A stretch of 63,733 nucleotides of DNA, counting the filler, from Octopus bimaculoides (lineage: Eukaryota), in NCBI RefSeq assembly GCF_001194135.2. It is 6 parts of 6 records of this genome, joined end to end, with 100 filler letters (N's around TTAATTAATTAA, not from the genome) between each part and the next. Parts side by side here need not be neighbours in the genome. Positions count along the whole stretch, not along the records: positions 1 to 18,422 come from NC_068982.1; 5 more parts are not named here. One strand, given 5' to 3'. Positions within the stretch are counted from its first letter, which is position 1. Each line of letters opens with the position of its first letter. A program made the position numbers and the translations under genes. This document shows, piece after piece, positions 1 through 11,900 of the stretch. The notes under the pieces were generated by a model. That model was not told the DNA's origin and did no database searches. It saw nothing but the letters and a program-made list of their open reading frames with translations.

Positions 1-297
1 TGACTGGCTCCTGTAGGATTTTCGAGCGAGATCGTTGCCAGTGCCCCTGGACTGGCTTGTGCGGGTGGCACATAAAAGACACCATTTCGAGCGTGGCCGT
101 TTTCGTGCGGGTGACACGTAAAAGCACCCACTACACTCTCTGAGTGGTTGGCGTTAGGAAGGGCATCCAGCTGTAGAAACTCTGCCAAATCAGACTGGAG
201 CCTGGTGTTGCCATCCGGTTTCACCAGTCCTCAGTCAAATCGTCCAACCCATGCTAGCATGGAAAGCGGACGTTAAACGATGATGATGATGATGATG
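1..297 (+). mobile_element. 3' end of an RTE-type LINE (or RTE-tailed SINE) with (GAT)n tail
   Basis: Same 3' sequence and ...cgttaaa(c/t)gatgatgat tail as the RTE copy at 33434-34443 and many other short copies in the window. Confidence 0.75.
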
Positions 298-599
298 ACA
301 GGTTAAAATTCCATAAGGTTCTCATAGTCACATTTATATTCTCACCTATGTCTCATTGACACATTAATAAGATGGCTATATTAAATATCTATTAGATTAA
401 ATTAAACTTAACATACCTTTACAAGCCACTCAGTTTTAGTTGGGGTATCAGGAATACCTGGAAAGAAAGATATTCTTCATATATAACAATGAAAATGAAT
501 GACTTGAATTTTAAAACAAAACTTTCCTTTAAACAGGAACAAAGCTGGAAATTAATAGAAGAAAAATAATCACATTTATTACTTTCTAAATGCATTAAG

Positions 600-633
<34 letters not shown>

Positions 634-2109
634 ATCTAGATATATCTATCATTTAAGATAGTAAAATTATTCACAATGTAATTTTTGATTTTTTTGTATT
701 TTTTTTTTTTATATAGTTCTCTCCATAACAGTAAGGAAAAGGCAAAATATTCAATAAACTGAATGGCTGATTGAACTCTTGTTTTACTACAAATGCCTTT
801 TTCTCATGCTAAATTTTTTCTTCCTTCAGTGGAATAACACAATAACGTTCATGGCTTTGAAATTAATGTTATAAATACACCAACTTCATCTAAAAATTAA
901 ATGCAAATCACAAACTCTGAAATATGAACACCAATATGTGGTGTGCGCTAACATACAATATTTTGATTTCTCAATAACAAAAACAGCAGATAAATCAAAC
1001 CAGCCAACAACCAAATTTCACTTTTACTTAAAGCTTCAAAGAGCTTAATAGTTAATCCTAGTACAGCAAGTTAATGAACAACTTATTAATTTTAAAGAGA
1101 TATGTGCTCTCCAGCCACACATTACATTAATTCAACTGCCACCCCATCCTGTACCAAACCACATCTCATCATACTCTATGCTTCTTTCTCCTCCACCCAC
1201 TCCTGAGCCACAACACCGCTTTGTCATCTCTCTCTCTCTTTCTCTCTCCCTCTCTCTCGTCCTTCCCCTGCAAACTATATCATTGCTATCCTGCTACTCT
1301 GCTATATACCCATGTCCACCACTCACTGCATTCACGTTCTACTCTCCTTTCCCACCAGTTCTTTTACACTCTCGTGAACTCCCTAATCACTTGCCCTGTC
1401 CAATCCTCTGCACCACTCTGCTTACATTCACTTCCTTGTACATTGAAAGTAGACCCTGCCATATCTTCACCATTTTCTCTCCCTCTCTCTCTCTCTCCAA
1501 CTGGGGTAACCAATGTACCTCCTCTTCAGCAAGACACCCATTTTTCTCTATATAATAGTTTAACCTCTCAGCACCTGGCACAAAACCAGCTCCCTCAATA
1601 ACACTTCCTCTCTCATTCGAGAAGGGTCATTGTCTTGCAAGTATTTGGTGATCTCACTGCTGCTGATGTCATAAAAAAAAAAATCACTCAGTACACTTCG
1701 TAAAGCAGTTCACATTAGAAAGAGCATCCAGTCAGAGAAACCATACCAAAGCAAGAGCTTGGTACAGTCCTCTGGCTTTCCAGCTCCTGTCAAACCATCC
1801 AACCCATGCCAACATTAGATGGTGATGACAGTCAGGTGGCCTGAGCTATTTGAAAGTAAATTGTATTGATGAGAAACACAACATACAGATGTCCATATAA
1901 GACAACATGACAATAAGGTTGACAAGTCTTGGATTTTAGCATATGAAACCCCAAATACAATTTGCGCTCTGTACTATCATTCACTTTTATTTCTGCTACT
2001 ACCAAGTAAAATGGAGCAAGGAATGTTGAGTATCTCATACAAGGACTGAAGATTTCTCTGTGCTTGACTTTTTTATATTCAGATTAGTAAATCAAAGATA
2101 TATATTGTA

Positions 2110-3033
2110 TTGGGTCATCCCATAAATGTGGTCTTTTTATTCTTTTATTTTTCAAGATTAAGATAAGCAAAATTCTTTTTTAATCTAAGATATACTCTCC
2201 GTTTTCTACAATGCACTTCCATCTATCTGGTAAACTTGCAAAGACCCTCTTCCAAAATTCACTTGTCCGTAATGAAAAATACTCCTCCAGTACTGTTCTG
2301 ACCTAATCTACAGAATTCATATTTTTTCCATTCAAATGATTTTGAAGACTGCAGAATAAATGATAATCAGATGGGGCATGCCCAGCGATTATGGTGGTTG
2401 GGCATCATTTCCCTTTCAAACAACTCCAGCCTTTGGAATGTCATCCTTGCTGTATGTGGCCGAGCATTAAACTGATGGAAGAACACTTTTCAACTTGAAA
2501 AGAAAGATGGTCATTTTTCTTCTAGTGCTGACTTGAATAACTGGTTGAATGACCAAATCCAAGCTTCTCTGCTAGTTTCTCATCAGTTACGATGAGATTT
2601 TGTTCCACCAGGGTTTGCAGGACATCCTCATCAAGCTCTACAGACCTTCCAGGACGAGGCTCTAGGCTGTAGTTTCCAGCTTGGAATTTCTGGAACCACC
2701 ACTGACACTGGCTCACGCTTGTTGTCCGATCCCCGTATACTGCATTAATATTCCTCACACTTTCCGTTGCGCTACTGTCTTTATTGAACTCATAAAGCAA
2801 AATATGCCAAAGATGCTCCTTTGTCATTTCCATTACAGCTTTGAAAAAATAACTTAGAATCGAACTTCATAACTTCATAACATGCACTCTTCATAACTGG
2901 CACAAAGAATAAGTACTAAGTAAAATTACTACCTGCTTTTTTAGTAAGTTGATGCAGGTAGTTTATCTCATCCCCCTTCGACTTTTAGTTCATGCAATTG
3001 AAAAAAATATGCATTATTTATGCGATGACCTAA
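2110..3033 (-). mobile_element. Internally deleted mariner (Tc1/mariner) transposon in an XPNPEP1 intron
   Basis: TIRs ttgggtcatcccataaat / atttatgcgatgacctaa, flanked by TA. ORF 2522-2833 encodes a mariner HTH (HILLYEFNK...WFQKFQAG). A C-terminal PSDYHLF...LPDRW remnant lies at about 2160-2380. Confidence 0.92.
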
Positions 3034-3324
3034 TACTTTATCAAATTTACAGGACAGTGCCAATTTGAGTTAGAGTTTGACATTATCTGCTTACCTGCTT
3101 TAACAACAGCTGCAACAATTTCGAGTTATTATGTAGTAAAGGCAACAGAAAATTACTCCAGTGTATTCTCATTTTGATATCCATAACAGAATCATAACTG
3201 ATGTCTTGAGATTAAAAAAATTACACAGATGCAAAATTAAGATGTTGGATTACTGGTTAGTCATGAGGTCAACCATTGTACTGTGCCCTAAGAAATAAAC
3301 AATTGTTTGTTTCTAATTTACCTA

Positions 3325-3540
3325 ATATCCTTTCTACTATAGGCACAAGCCCTGAAATTTTTTTAGGGGTAAGGGCAAGTCGATTACATTGATCCCAGTG
3401 CTCAACTGGTACTTATTTAATCAACCCCAAAAGGATGAAAAGCAATGTTGACCTCGGAGGAATTCAAACTCAGAATGTAAACACGGACGAAATGCTAAGC
3501 ATTTTGCCCAGTGTGCTAACTATTCTGCTAGCTCACCACT
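3325..3540 (-). mobile_element. tRNA-derived SINE, family with (ATT)n tail
   Basis: Head ...gagttcaaatt (B box) and core gcctttcatcctttcggggtcgat..aagtaccagt. Related copies at about 8460-8650(-), 26440-26660(+), 33060-33270(-) and 39360-39590(-). Confidence 0.75.
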
Positions 3541-3777
3541 TTAAATTTACCTAATATAAAAAGGTTTCACTCTCTATTTTACAGTTTAGTGATTAGCCAC
3601 AAGAAATGTGTTTAGCTATAAAAACTGCTCAGAAATTGAAAATATATGGAAATATGTATAAAAACAGATAAAGTTTAATCTATTGTTCTCACAAGAGAAA
3701 AGATAAATTAAAAAAAGAGACAAGTGCTTCATGGAAAAAGTTCATTGTTTAAACTAAATTTAAGTTTGGAAACTTAC

Positions 3778-3882
3778 CATCCTTCATTATCTCCCAATTT
3801 TCATCCACTTCTTGTTGAGCTTGAAGATGATAACGACCATCTGTCCAAAGGGCAGCTTTGGTGTCCGTTACAATTGCAGTTC
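3778..3882 (-). CDS. XPNPEP1: XPNPEP1 internal coding exon, 105 nt ([36 protein letters not shown])
   Basis: Contains the WTDGRY..QA signature of the aminopeptidase P N-terminal domain. Acceptor ctatag|GA, donor G|gtaagt. I found no further exon between 1 and 3777. Confidence 0.96.
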
Positions 3883-4157
3883 CTATAGCATAGAAATAAA
3901 ATGGAAACAAATAATACACTGTGTGAATAAATGACAATGAAAGAGTAGACAAAGGACATTCTGAAAGGATTGTCCATCAGTAGAAATAATCTTTTATATA
4001 GTTCAATCTTTCAACTTAAAATCTAAGCCCAATGTAACATCATACTAATTTAACACAGACATGGTCCTGAGTTTGTGACTATACAGACTTGAATCAAGTA
4101 GCAAAACCCACACACATCTGTACATACACTTTACACTCACAATAAAACTATACTCAC

Positions 4158-4221
4158 CTGCAGATCCTGTAAATCCAGATATAAATTTAAGCCGGGCATC
4201 ACACGGTGCAATATATTCACT
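4158..4221 (-). CDS. XPNPEP1: XPNPEP1 internal coding exon, 64 nt (SEYIAPCDARLKFISGFTGSA-G)
   Basis: Contains the conserved SEY...ISGFxGSAG motif. Acceptor ttcag|AGT, donor G|gtgagt. The phase joins the flanking exons in frame. Confidence 0.95.
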
Positions 4222-5019
4222 CTGAAATCAAGTTAAAAAAACATTCCATTAGTTTTGTTTTTTTTACATTGGCACAAAACCATCAATTTTGGGAATGGGT
4301 TGTAAGCAATTAAACCAAACCTAGGTCACCCAGTGCTTATTTTATTGATTCCAGAAATATAAAATGCAAAATTGAGACACAAGATATAGACTCCTGGTGA
4401 AATTCAATAAAGGTACTGAATATGCACTAATGAATATGTTACATAATAGCAACAATAAAGCAAAGCACAAGATACAAGAAGATTTTTTTTTTAATCTTTA
4501 ATTTTATGAATACCTTAAACAGCTAGAATTTCTTGTGTGCAAAAATCTGGAAACAGAAACTGCTGAATAAAGATTTATCTAACATCTAGGAAACTGAAAA
4601 ATTGAGAATATCTCCCTCCTTTACCTCAAAATTACAATCAAAGGATGATCCTCAGCAAGACAGATATGGTGTATCTGGAACAACAGATATGTTGATCCCA
4701 CTTAGTCGTTCATCTACCTACTGCTGTACCTTAAGTTTTCTTGATCAGAACAATCAAAAACCTGTGACCAAATCACAAGTTGGAAGCTGGAGGACAAAAG
4801 AAGTTACTTTTTTGCACTCCTCTGCCAATTTGTTTAGTTCCAGCTCAGCCCTGATTGAATACTAAAACAATGACAATCTTACCCTTACTTCCAGAAAGCA
4901 TATTTTCAGCTACATTATCCTATGTGCTCTTTAGTAACATTGAAAATGTATAGTTTCGGGGAAATTTGTTTGTTATTAGATCAAGTGATGTTGTAGAGGT
5001 TTCCTATTTACCATTTTAA

Positions 5020-5240
5020 CTCTTTCGTTACCAACCCGGCTGAAACCAGCTCTGGCTCTGTAGTACAAATGTCTTGTTTTCATAAGTTTTGAATTAAAAT
5101 CTTCCACCAAACCTTAGTCACAATTTATGTTCCTAACACTAGCTGAATGATAACTAAGTTATTTTAGTAAATTATTTGTTATATTTAAAGTAATTGAAAG
5201 AAATACAGAGCATCTCAAAATAAATACAGTAACGAAAGGG
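5020..5240. mobile_element. piggyBac-type MITE (221 bp)
   Basis: TTAA on both sides (5016-5019, 5241-5244); TIR (c/t)ctttcgttac / gtaacgaaaggg; second copy at 60939-61158. Confidence 0.88.
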
Positions 5241-5658
5241 TTAAAGTTTTCTAACAGACTTTTAAATAAATATTAGTTCACTTTATTAGAGGAGTGACAG
5301 TGATTTCAAAGCTTTGGCCCGCCACCTAAATAGTCAAAATAGAGAGCTAGCAGGTTAAAACTTGAAATTCACTGCTTTTTTCACTTCTTGTAAAATTATA
5401 ACATGTACTCTACTAAAAAAAATATTGAGTAATTCTTCTGCTTAATGTTAAATTGTTTTTAGTATAACTTGACAGACAGACAGACACACACACACACACA
5501 CAAGGCCAGATAGACAAGACACTATAGGTGCAGGTTTGGGTGTATGGTTAAAAAGAATGCTTTGCAACCACATAGTTGCAGGTTCTGTCCCATTACATGG
5601 AACGTCGGGAAAGTGTCTTCTACTATACCCTCAAATGAATTTGATAGAAGGAAACAGT

Positions 5659-6215
5659 CATCATCATCATTTAACATCTGCTTTCCATGCTAGCATGGGT
5701 TGTGATTTGACTGAGGACTGGTGAACCAGGTGGCTACACCAGGCTCCAATCTGATTTGGCAGAGTTTCTACAGCTGAATGCTCTTCCTAAAGCCAACCAC
5801 TCCGAGAGTGTAGTGGGTGCTTTTACATGCCACCGGCACGAAGGCCAGTCAGGTGGTACTGGCAACGGCCACGCTCAAAATGGTGTATTTTACATGTCAC
5901 CTGCACAGGAGCCAGTCCAGTGGCACTGGCACGATCCCACTCGAATGTCTTTACTCATGCCACCAGCACATGTGCCAGGAAGGCGACGCTGGGCACAGGT
6001 GCCATCACAATTTCGCTTTCGCTTGCCCCAACAGGTCTTCACAAGCCGAGTTTCGTGTCCAATGAAGGAGACGATGTTGGCATGGGTGCCAGTCGTCAAA
6101 TTTAGTTCGATTTCAATTCCGATTTCACTTGCCTCAACAGGTCTTCGCAAGTGGAGTTTTGTGTCCAATGAAGGAAGGTACGCATAAGTGGGCTGGCTAC
6201 ACCCCAGGCGGAGGC
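5659..6215 (-). mobile_element. RTE-type LINE 3' region with (CAT)n tail and internal tandem duplication
   Basis: Reverse complement of the RTE tail seen at 1-297. The block ...caacaggtcttc...gtgtccaatgaagga occurs twice (about 6010-6068 and 6120-6175). Confidence 0.72.
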
Positions 6216-8788
6216 CTGTGTCATTAAAAAAATATATATACATATGTGTTTGTTTTCCCACTACCAGCACATGACAATCAATGTTGATTTGTTTACATCC
6301 TTGTAAACCTAGCAATTTGGCAAAGAAATCAATAGAATAAGTTCCAGACTAAAAATAAGTACTAAAGCTGATTTCTACTACTAAACCAGTCAATATGGTG
6401 CCCCAACATGGCTACAGTCCAATGACAAACAAATAAAAAAAAACATAAAAAATATTTCTCATGATTCTAATTATTTACTATAATTTCTACTTTATATATT
6501 TTATTTTAATTTTCTTAAATTCAGTTTCAATCTATTTTTTATGCTATTTTATGCTATTCTTCGATTTTTACATTATTCTATTTTTAAAAAATGTTCGAAA
6601 AGACTAGATACACAATCAAAAAGCCAATGTTCTAATTCAAATAGCTTATATAAGCTTTTTGTTACAAATTTGGCAGTCAAAAGTAGATATAATTTAAACA
6701 CCTACATTTCCATGCATGCAGGGGTCAGATGGAGTTCACTGAGGCAAATTTTCTATGGCCAGATGCCCTTCCTGTTGCCAACCAAGGTAATATTTCCCCA
6801 TGGCCAGACAGGTTTTCACAAAATACTGGAAAATCAAACAGCATACTACAACAATAACCGGGGATTCACAGTTTACAATGTTTGCAAACATTATGTATAA
6901 GTAACTTTTAAGGACAAGGCTCAATAACCAAAATATGTATTGTAATAAGCAAAACACTGTTTACTACTGAGTATACAAATAACTATAGATTTTATAGAAT
7001 TGGAACTTCTGATAGTTATTGGTTCAAATCCTATTTTCTCCATCCTTTAAGTAGACTATCACTACTTTAATTTGTTATCAGCATCCATGCTAGTATGTCA
7101 CCAGATTATTCCAATCTGTTGTTATAGCTTCAGTTCGTAATGTTTGTTTTGCTTTCAATTCAAATTGCATATGTGGAAAAAAAGGAAACTAATGTTTTGA
7201 GCTGGTGTTGTTAATATGCAACATAAATAAATGAAGATGAAATTTCCAGAAATATAAGAAAGATAACAACAAGAATAAGTTATACATCAAAAGTCATTGA
7301 ATTCATTACAGCAAACATGTTGATCACAACAGATCCATACATGTGTCAGAATAACCACATTGCAGTAACTGAATAGCGACAGCTAACACACAAATGTGAT
7401 ACACTTGAGAATCAGTCTATTATGATTTTGGGGTGCTTTATGATATTCATTATATAGAACCTCTCCAAATTTTTGCCAGCATACTATGGCTTGCCATGTG
7501 TAAGAATATGACTGAAGAGAAAGAAAAGCTTGTCATGATGTCCATAAGGAATAGCTTGTCCATTCCATGCAAAAACCACAGTATAAAATGTTTCTATCAA
7601 AACTATTTAACAAGATCATGTGTAAACATCGAGTTTACACGCTATCTTCAACCAGTCAAGTTATACTGCATAGAGTGACCCAAATCTAGAGAATTTCTGG
7701 AGGAAAAGTTTAGATTAACTCAAACAGAAACCAGTAGACACCTGTTTATCTGAGCTATACTTTCAACACATACACACAAATTACTCTTGTGTCACCATAT
7801 TTTAAAAATATTCTTTAGTCAATTACCAAGGGATAAATTTTAATAAATGATATATTGTGTTTAGTATTGTTCAAACATACAAAACATCCTGAGTGGAGTG
7901 TAGTCAATCCTATCAACCAAAGTCCTTATTTTATCAACACTGGAAGGATGAAAGATTAGTCAACTTAAGCAGAAATTGAACTCAGAATATAACTGGATAC
8001 TGCAACAGTTTAGTCCACTGCTTTGCTGATTTTGCTAATCTACTGCCCTTATTAAAGCCATAATTACTGATATAGTGATAAATAGTGTGAAGTTTGCAAA
8101 GACTGGAATCAGAAAACCAAACCTAACAGGGTACCAACTTGGAATAGAAACTAATGGTTAGGCTATGCACTTAGTCATAAAATTGTGATTTTGATTCCCA
8201 GACTAGGTAATGTGTAATGTTCTTAAGCAAAACACTTCATTTCATGTTGCTCAGTGAACACTTAGACATGTGACCACTTCGCACCCATGCACCTGTACAG
8301 GCAATGTCAATTTGAAGGTGGAATCAAGCTAATATACAGCACAAACATTTGGTCACTATAAGCAAATTATCTGTGCAGGTTGTTCAACAAGAAATTGTGG
8401 AACTCCTCTGTTTTCTAAACAACTTGTATAAAACATGAAACTTCACAGTAAATAAATATGCCTGTTTTGGGAAGAGGTAAGTTGATTACATCGACATAAG
8501 TACTCAACTGGTACTTATTTTATTGACCCACAAAAGAATGACAGAGAAAGTCAATCTCGGCAGAATTTGAACTCAGAATGTAAAAACAGACAAAATACTG
8601 CTAGCATTTTGCCCAGCATGCTAACGATTCTGCCAGCTTGCTGCCTTATACATACATATAATTTAAACTATATACTTGCCTGTATTTTTCACAACTGTTT
8701 CAATTTCATTAATGCTTAAGAAAAGGATTTGCAAGATGCAGGAGTAAAGGTGTTTAAAGCTGGATGTTTACTAATAGTTTTCACTTAC

Positions 8789-8902
8789 CTGATGTGCATC
8801 TTGGTGTGGAATGATATATGCATGAACAATTTCATTCACAAATTGTTTGCTTTTCATTAAAATCCGAATTTTGGACAGCACACTGGTGGCTTTTGCAGTC
8901 AT
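8789..8902 (-). CDS. XPNPEP1: XPNPEP1 first coding exon (MTAKATSVLSKIRILMKSKQFVNEIVHAYIIPHQDAHQ)
   Basis: The translation matches the aminopeptidase P1 N-terminus (AYIIPxxDAHQ). Donor is CAG|gtaagt at 8789/8788. Acceptor is tacag| at 8936/8935, followed by 33 nt of 5' UTR that contain an in-frame TGA before the ATG (8902-8900). Confidence 0.93.
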
Positions 8903-11900
8903 TGTTCCTGTCCTTAATCACAAAAGTAAGGTTCCCTGTATTAAGAGAAAAACGAAGCATATTCATCACAAAACGCCACGCAAAAATTGTTAAATTAGAA
9001 TCTAGCTTCCAGCCCTTTTAATTATGGAGAGCTGTTAATGTATAAAACCTAATAACTGACCAAAGAATGAATTGGCAGTCATTTGTTATTGGTAAATTAA
9101 TACTGCACAGCACTCCAAGTTCAAATACTTCCAAGGCTAGCTATGCCTTCTTTCCAAGGTTAATAAATAAAGTACCAGTCTAGTGCAGTCAACTGGTAGA
9201 GAACCATTAGAGTATCGTAAAGGATACCTCACAGTATTTGTTCTAACTCTTTGCATTCCGAGTTCAAATCCTGCCATGGTCTACATGGGTCGTAGACAAT
9301 CTCAGAGGATTGGCAGAAAAAAGATCATAGATGCTGTTCTTCCTCCTTTGATAAATCCACAAATTATTTTTTTAAGAGACAGCTACAGCTTCTTGCATTC
9401 TTTTTTTTTTTTTCTGTGATCTAAAAGTAAATTTGCTTATCCCCACTCTAGTACTATTGACCATAAAAGGATAAACAATATTTTCCCAATATTTCAATTC
9501 AATTCCTAATATCATCAAGGATTTTCTACAGTAATTATTTCTCTTAACAAACGAAATGAAGAATGAAGCTAAATTACACCGAAGGGAAAAAAAACAGTGG
9601 GAACCTGAAAATAGTTGACGGAGAATTTTAAAGTAACAAAGCTTTAAAACGTCATTTCCTGTTAGGAGCTTACAAAATTGTTGTGTTTACTGTCAAACAT
9701 CGCCAGATATCTTAACTGTTTACAAACAATCTCGGAGAACATATAACCTTAGTATTCCTTCGTTTAGGGTTATAAAATGAAAGCGGGAAACTATTGCTAG
9801 TAATCGACATTGAAAAAAAAAGTTTAAATAGGAAATTTTTTTTTAATTATAAAAATGAATTAAAAACTGAAAATTAGTTGGGGTTAGCATTTGGTGGGGG
9901 GTACAAAATCGTAATTTCCGTTGTTGAAAGCAGAAATCTATAGCTGGGGCAAGGTATCCGACACGTCCACCTCGAAATTAACAAATACTGTAAATATTTC
10001 TTTCATTTTCTGGTCATAAAATGAAAGAATGTCGAGATTAAATTTTCTAATACAATATTAGACAACTAAAATATTTACAGAAAGCCGACTTCTATATTAA
10101 ATAGGTACTACATCTTAAACAGAACCCTACATTTTTTTTTTAGTACGAGGCACGACACGGGTTTTCGTGGACACAAGGAACTTGTTGGTAAATTAGGTAA
10201 ACCTGTAGGTTTACATTTTGTTTTTTTTTAAATATCTGTCAAACCCCATCAAGACTAGAACCCAAAACCACGTGTACCATAAACAATCCTCGCTCTCGCA
10301 ATAATTAGTAAACTACTTTGTAAAAATCTTAGAAATGCTTTTTTGAATTAACTAGAATAAAAGTCAAGGTTTTCCGACGCAGTTCCGTTTTCACTCCAAC
10401 ATGAAACATGGCATTTAGATGAAGAAAACACGACTCCGTAGTGTTTACACCTTTAATAAGAACTTAAGAAGCATAACATGAAATAATAGAAGTAGATATT
10501 AGGTACACTAAGAGTTCACCACTAAGTCGCCACAAAATACCACTCTCAGATTTGATTTCGAAGTGCCTCTCAAAAGGGACCATTCGTGAGGTCACTCAAA
10601 GTATCAGAAATAGTAGCCAAAACTCCTTCAAATCACACGCTATTGTCTTAAGAATAATATGTTAGCTTATGTAACGGTAGATATATAAATAAAACAGAGT
10701 CATAACAAATAGAAAACCTTGGGTATCTTATTCTTTTTCGTTCAATTTTCTGCAATAATGTAGTTTTGCTTGCTACTTAAAAATAACTCAATTTTTACAC
10801 AAACTAGTAATAACATTTCTCAGTCACAGTTGATTTGGGACTATACACAACAATGAACCTGTAGACGGGTCAAAACGGAGTCTATACATTTAGTAATATA
10901 TATAATAAGAACTATTAAACAAATTTCCATCAAATCAATCACCACAGTCTTAAAAGAAGTGGGGGAAAACGACACAATGTCAGTCCGATTTAGGAAGAGA
11001 TGGGACAGTCACAAGTTGAACAGTTTTGAACGTAGGTATGCTCAATTAGGACTAGTGTGGAAAAAAAGTCACATTGTTTATTTATATCGAAGAAATATGA
11101 ATAGAATATTGAGATATGTATTATGAATATTGAGATAAGTGTTTCTCGATTGAATTATATTTTATAATAAAAGAAAAAGTAGACAACATAATGTTTTCAT
11201 TTTCTTACGGTAAATTTCAGTATTGAATACTTTCGTTTTTCCTTATGGTTCAGGTAAAAATTTGGAAACCATTGGAGTTCAATAAAAACATTATGAGCAT
11301 CATCATAACAGAATACTTTTATGCACAATTGAGCTAATTCCGAATCTGTTGCCAAACAAATACACAATATCACATGTATGCTTGCAATGCGGCGAACTGC
11401 AAAGCAAGAAATACCTTGTTTTATGGTGCTTGTTGTAAGATATACAATATTTACATTGATGGACCTCAACTGCAATATCTGCCACATTTAATAAATGATA
11501 GGGAAATATAAAATAGATAAATAAAATCAATGTTAGCTGAGGATGCGGCGTAATAACAAGTGAACTGAAGATATTTTTTTTAAATGTAAGTTCCCAACAG
11601 ATATTTTCAGCAATAGCGAAAACGATTTACTTTTGCGTATCGTAATTTCTACCATTCTTAGACAATAATAATGTGCATTTATAAACTAATTGCAGTAATA
11701 ATTGTACTTGTTCTTTTAAATGACATAAAACTATAACATTTCTTCAGTGTGGCTTACTCATCCCCCGCCAAAAAATTATCAAATGGATAAGATAAATAAC
11801 AGTTTCCTAAGTCATAGGGATAGATACCCTAAGAAATAAACGTAAGAATTGCTTTAAAAAATATTGGTAATACTATTTAGAGGGTCCCGAGAAGAATCAA

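Noticed and set aside
3090-3200. Open minus-strand frame ending at a GTAAGC donor as the next XPNPEP1 exon
   Set aside because: The peptide (YDSVMDIKMRIHW...) does not resemble the expected LxxTP...DWL...VGVDP segment.
11197-11530. Cys-rich ORFs (CKYC...KTRY..C) suggesting a piggyBac C-terminal domain; LIPNLL suggesting a Polinton polymerase
   Set aside because: The motif spacing is wrong, there are no TIRs or other domains, and the similarity is too short to support.
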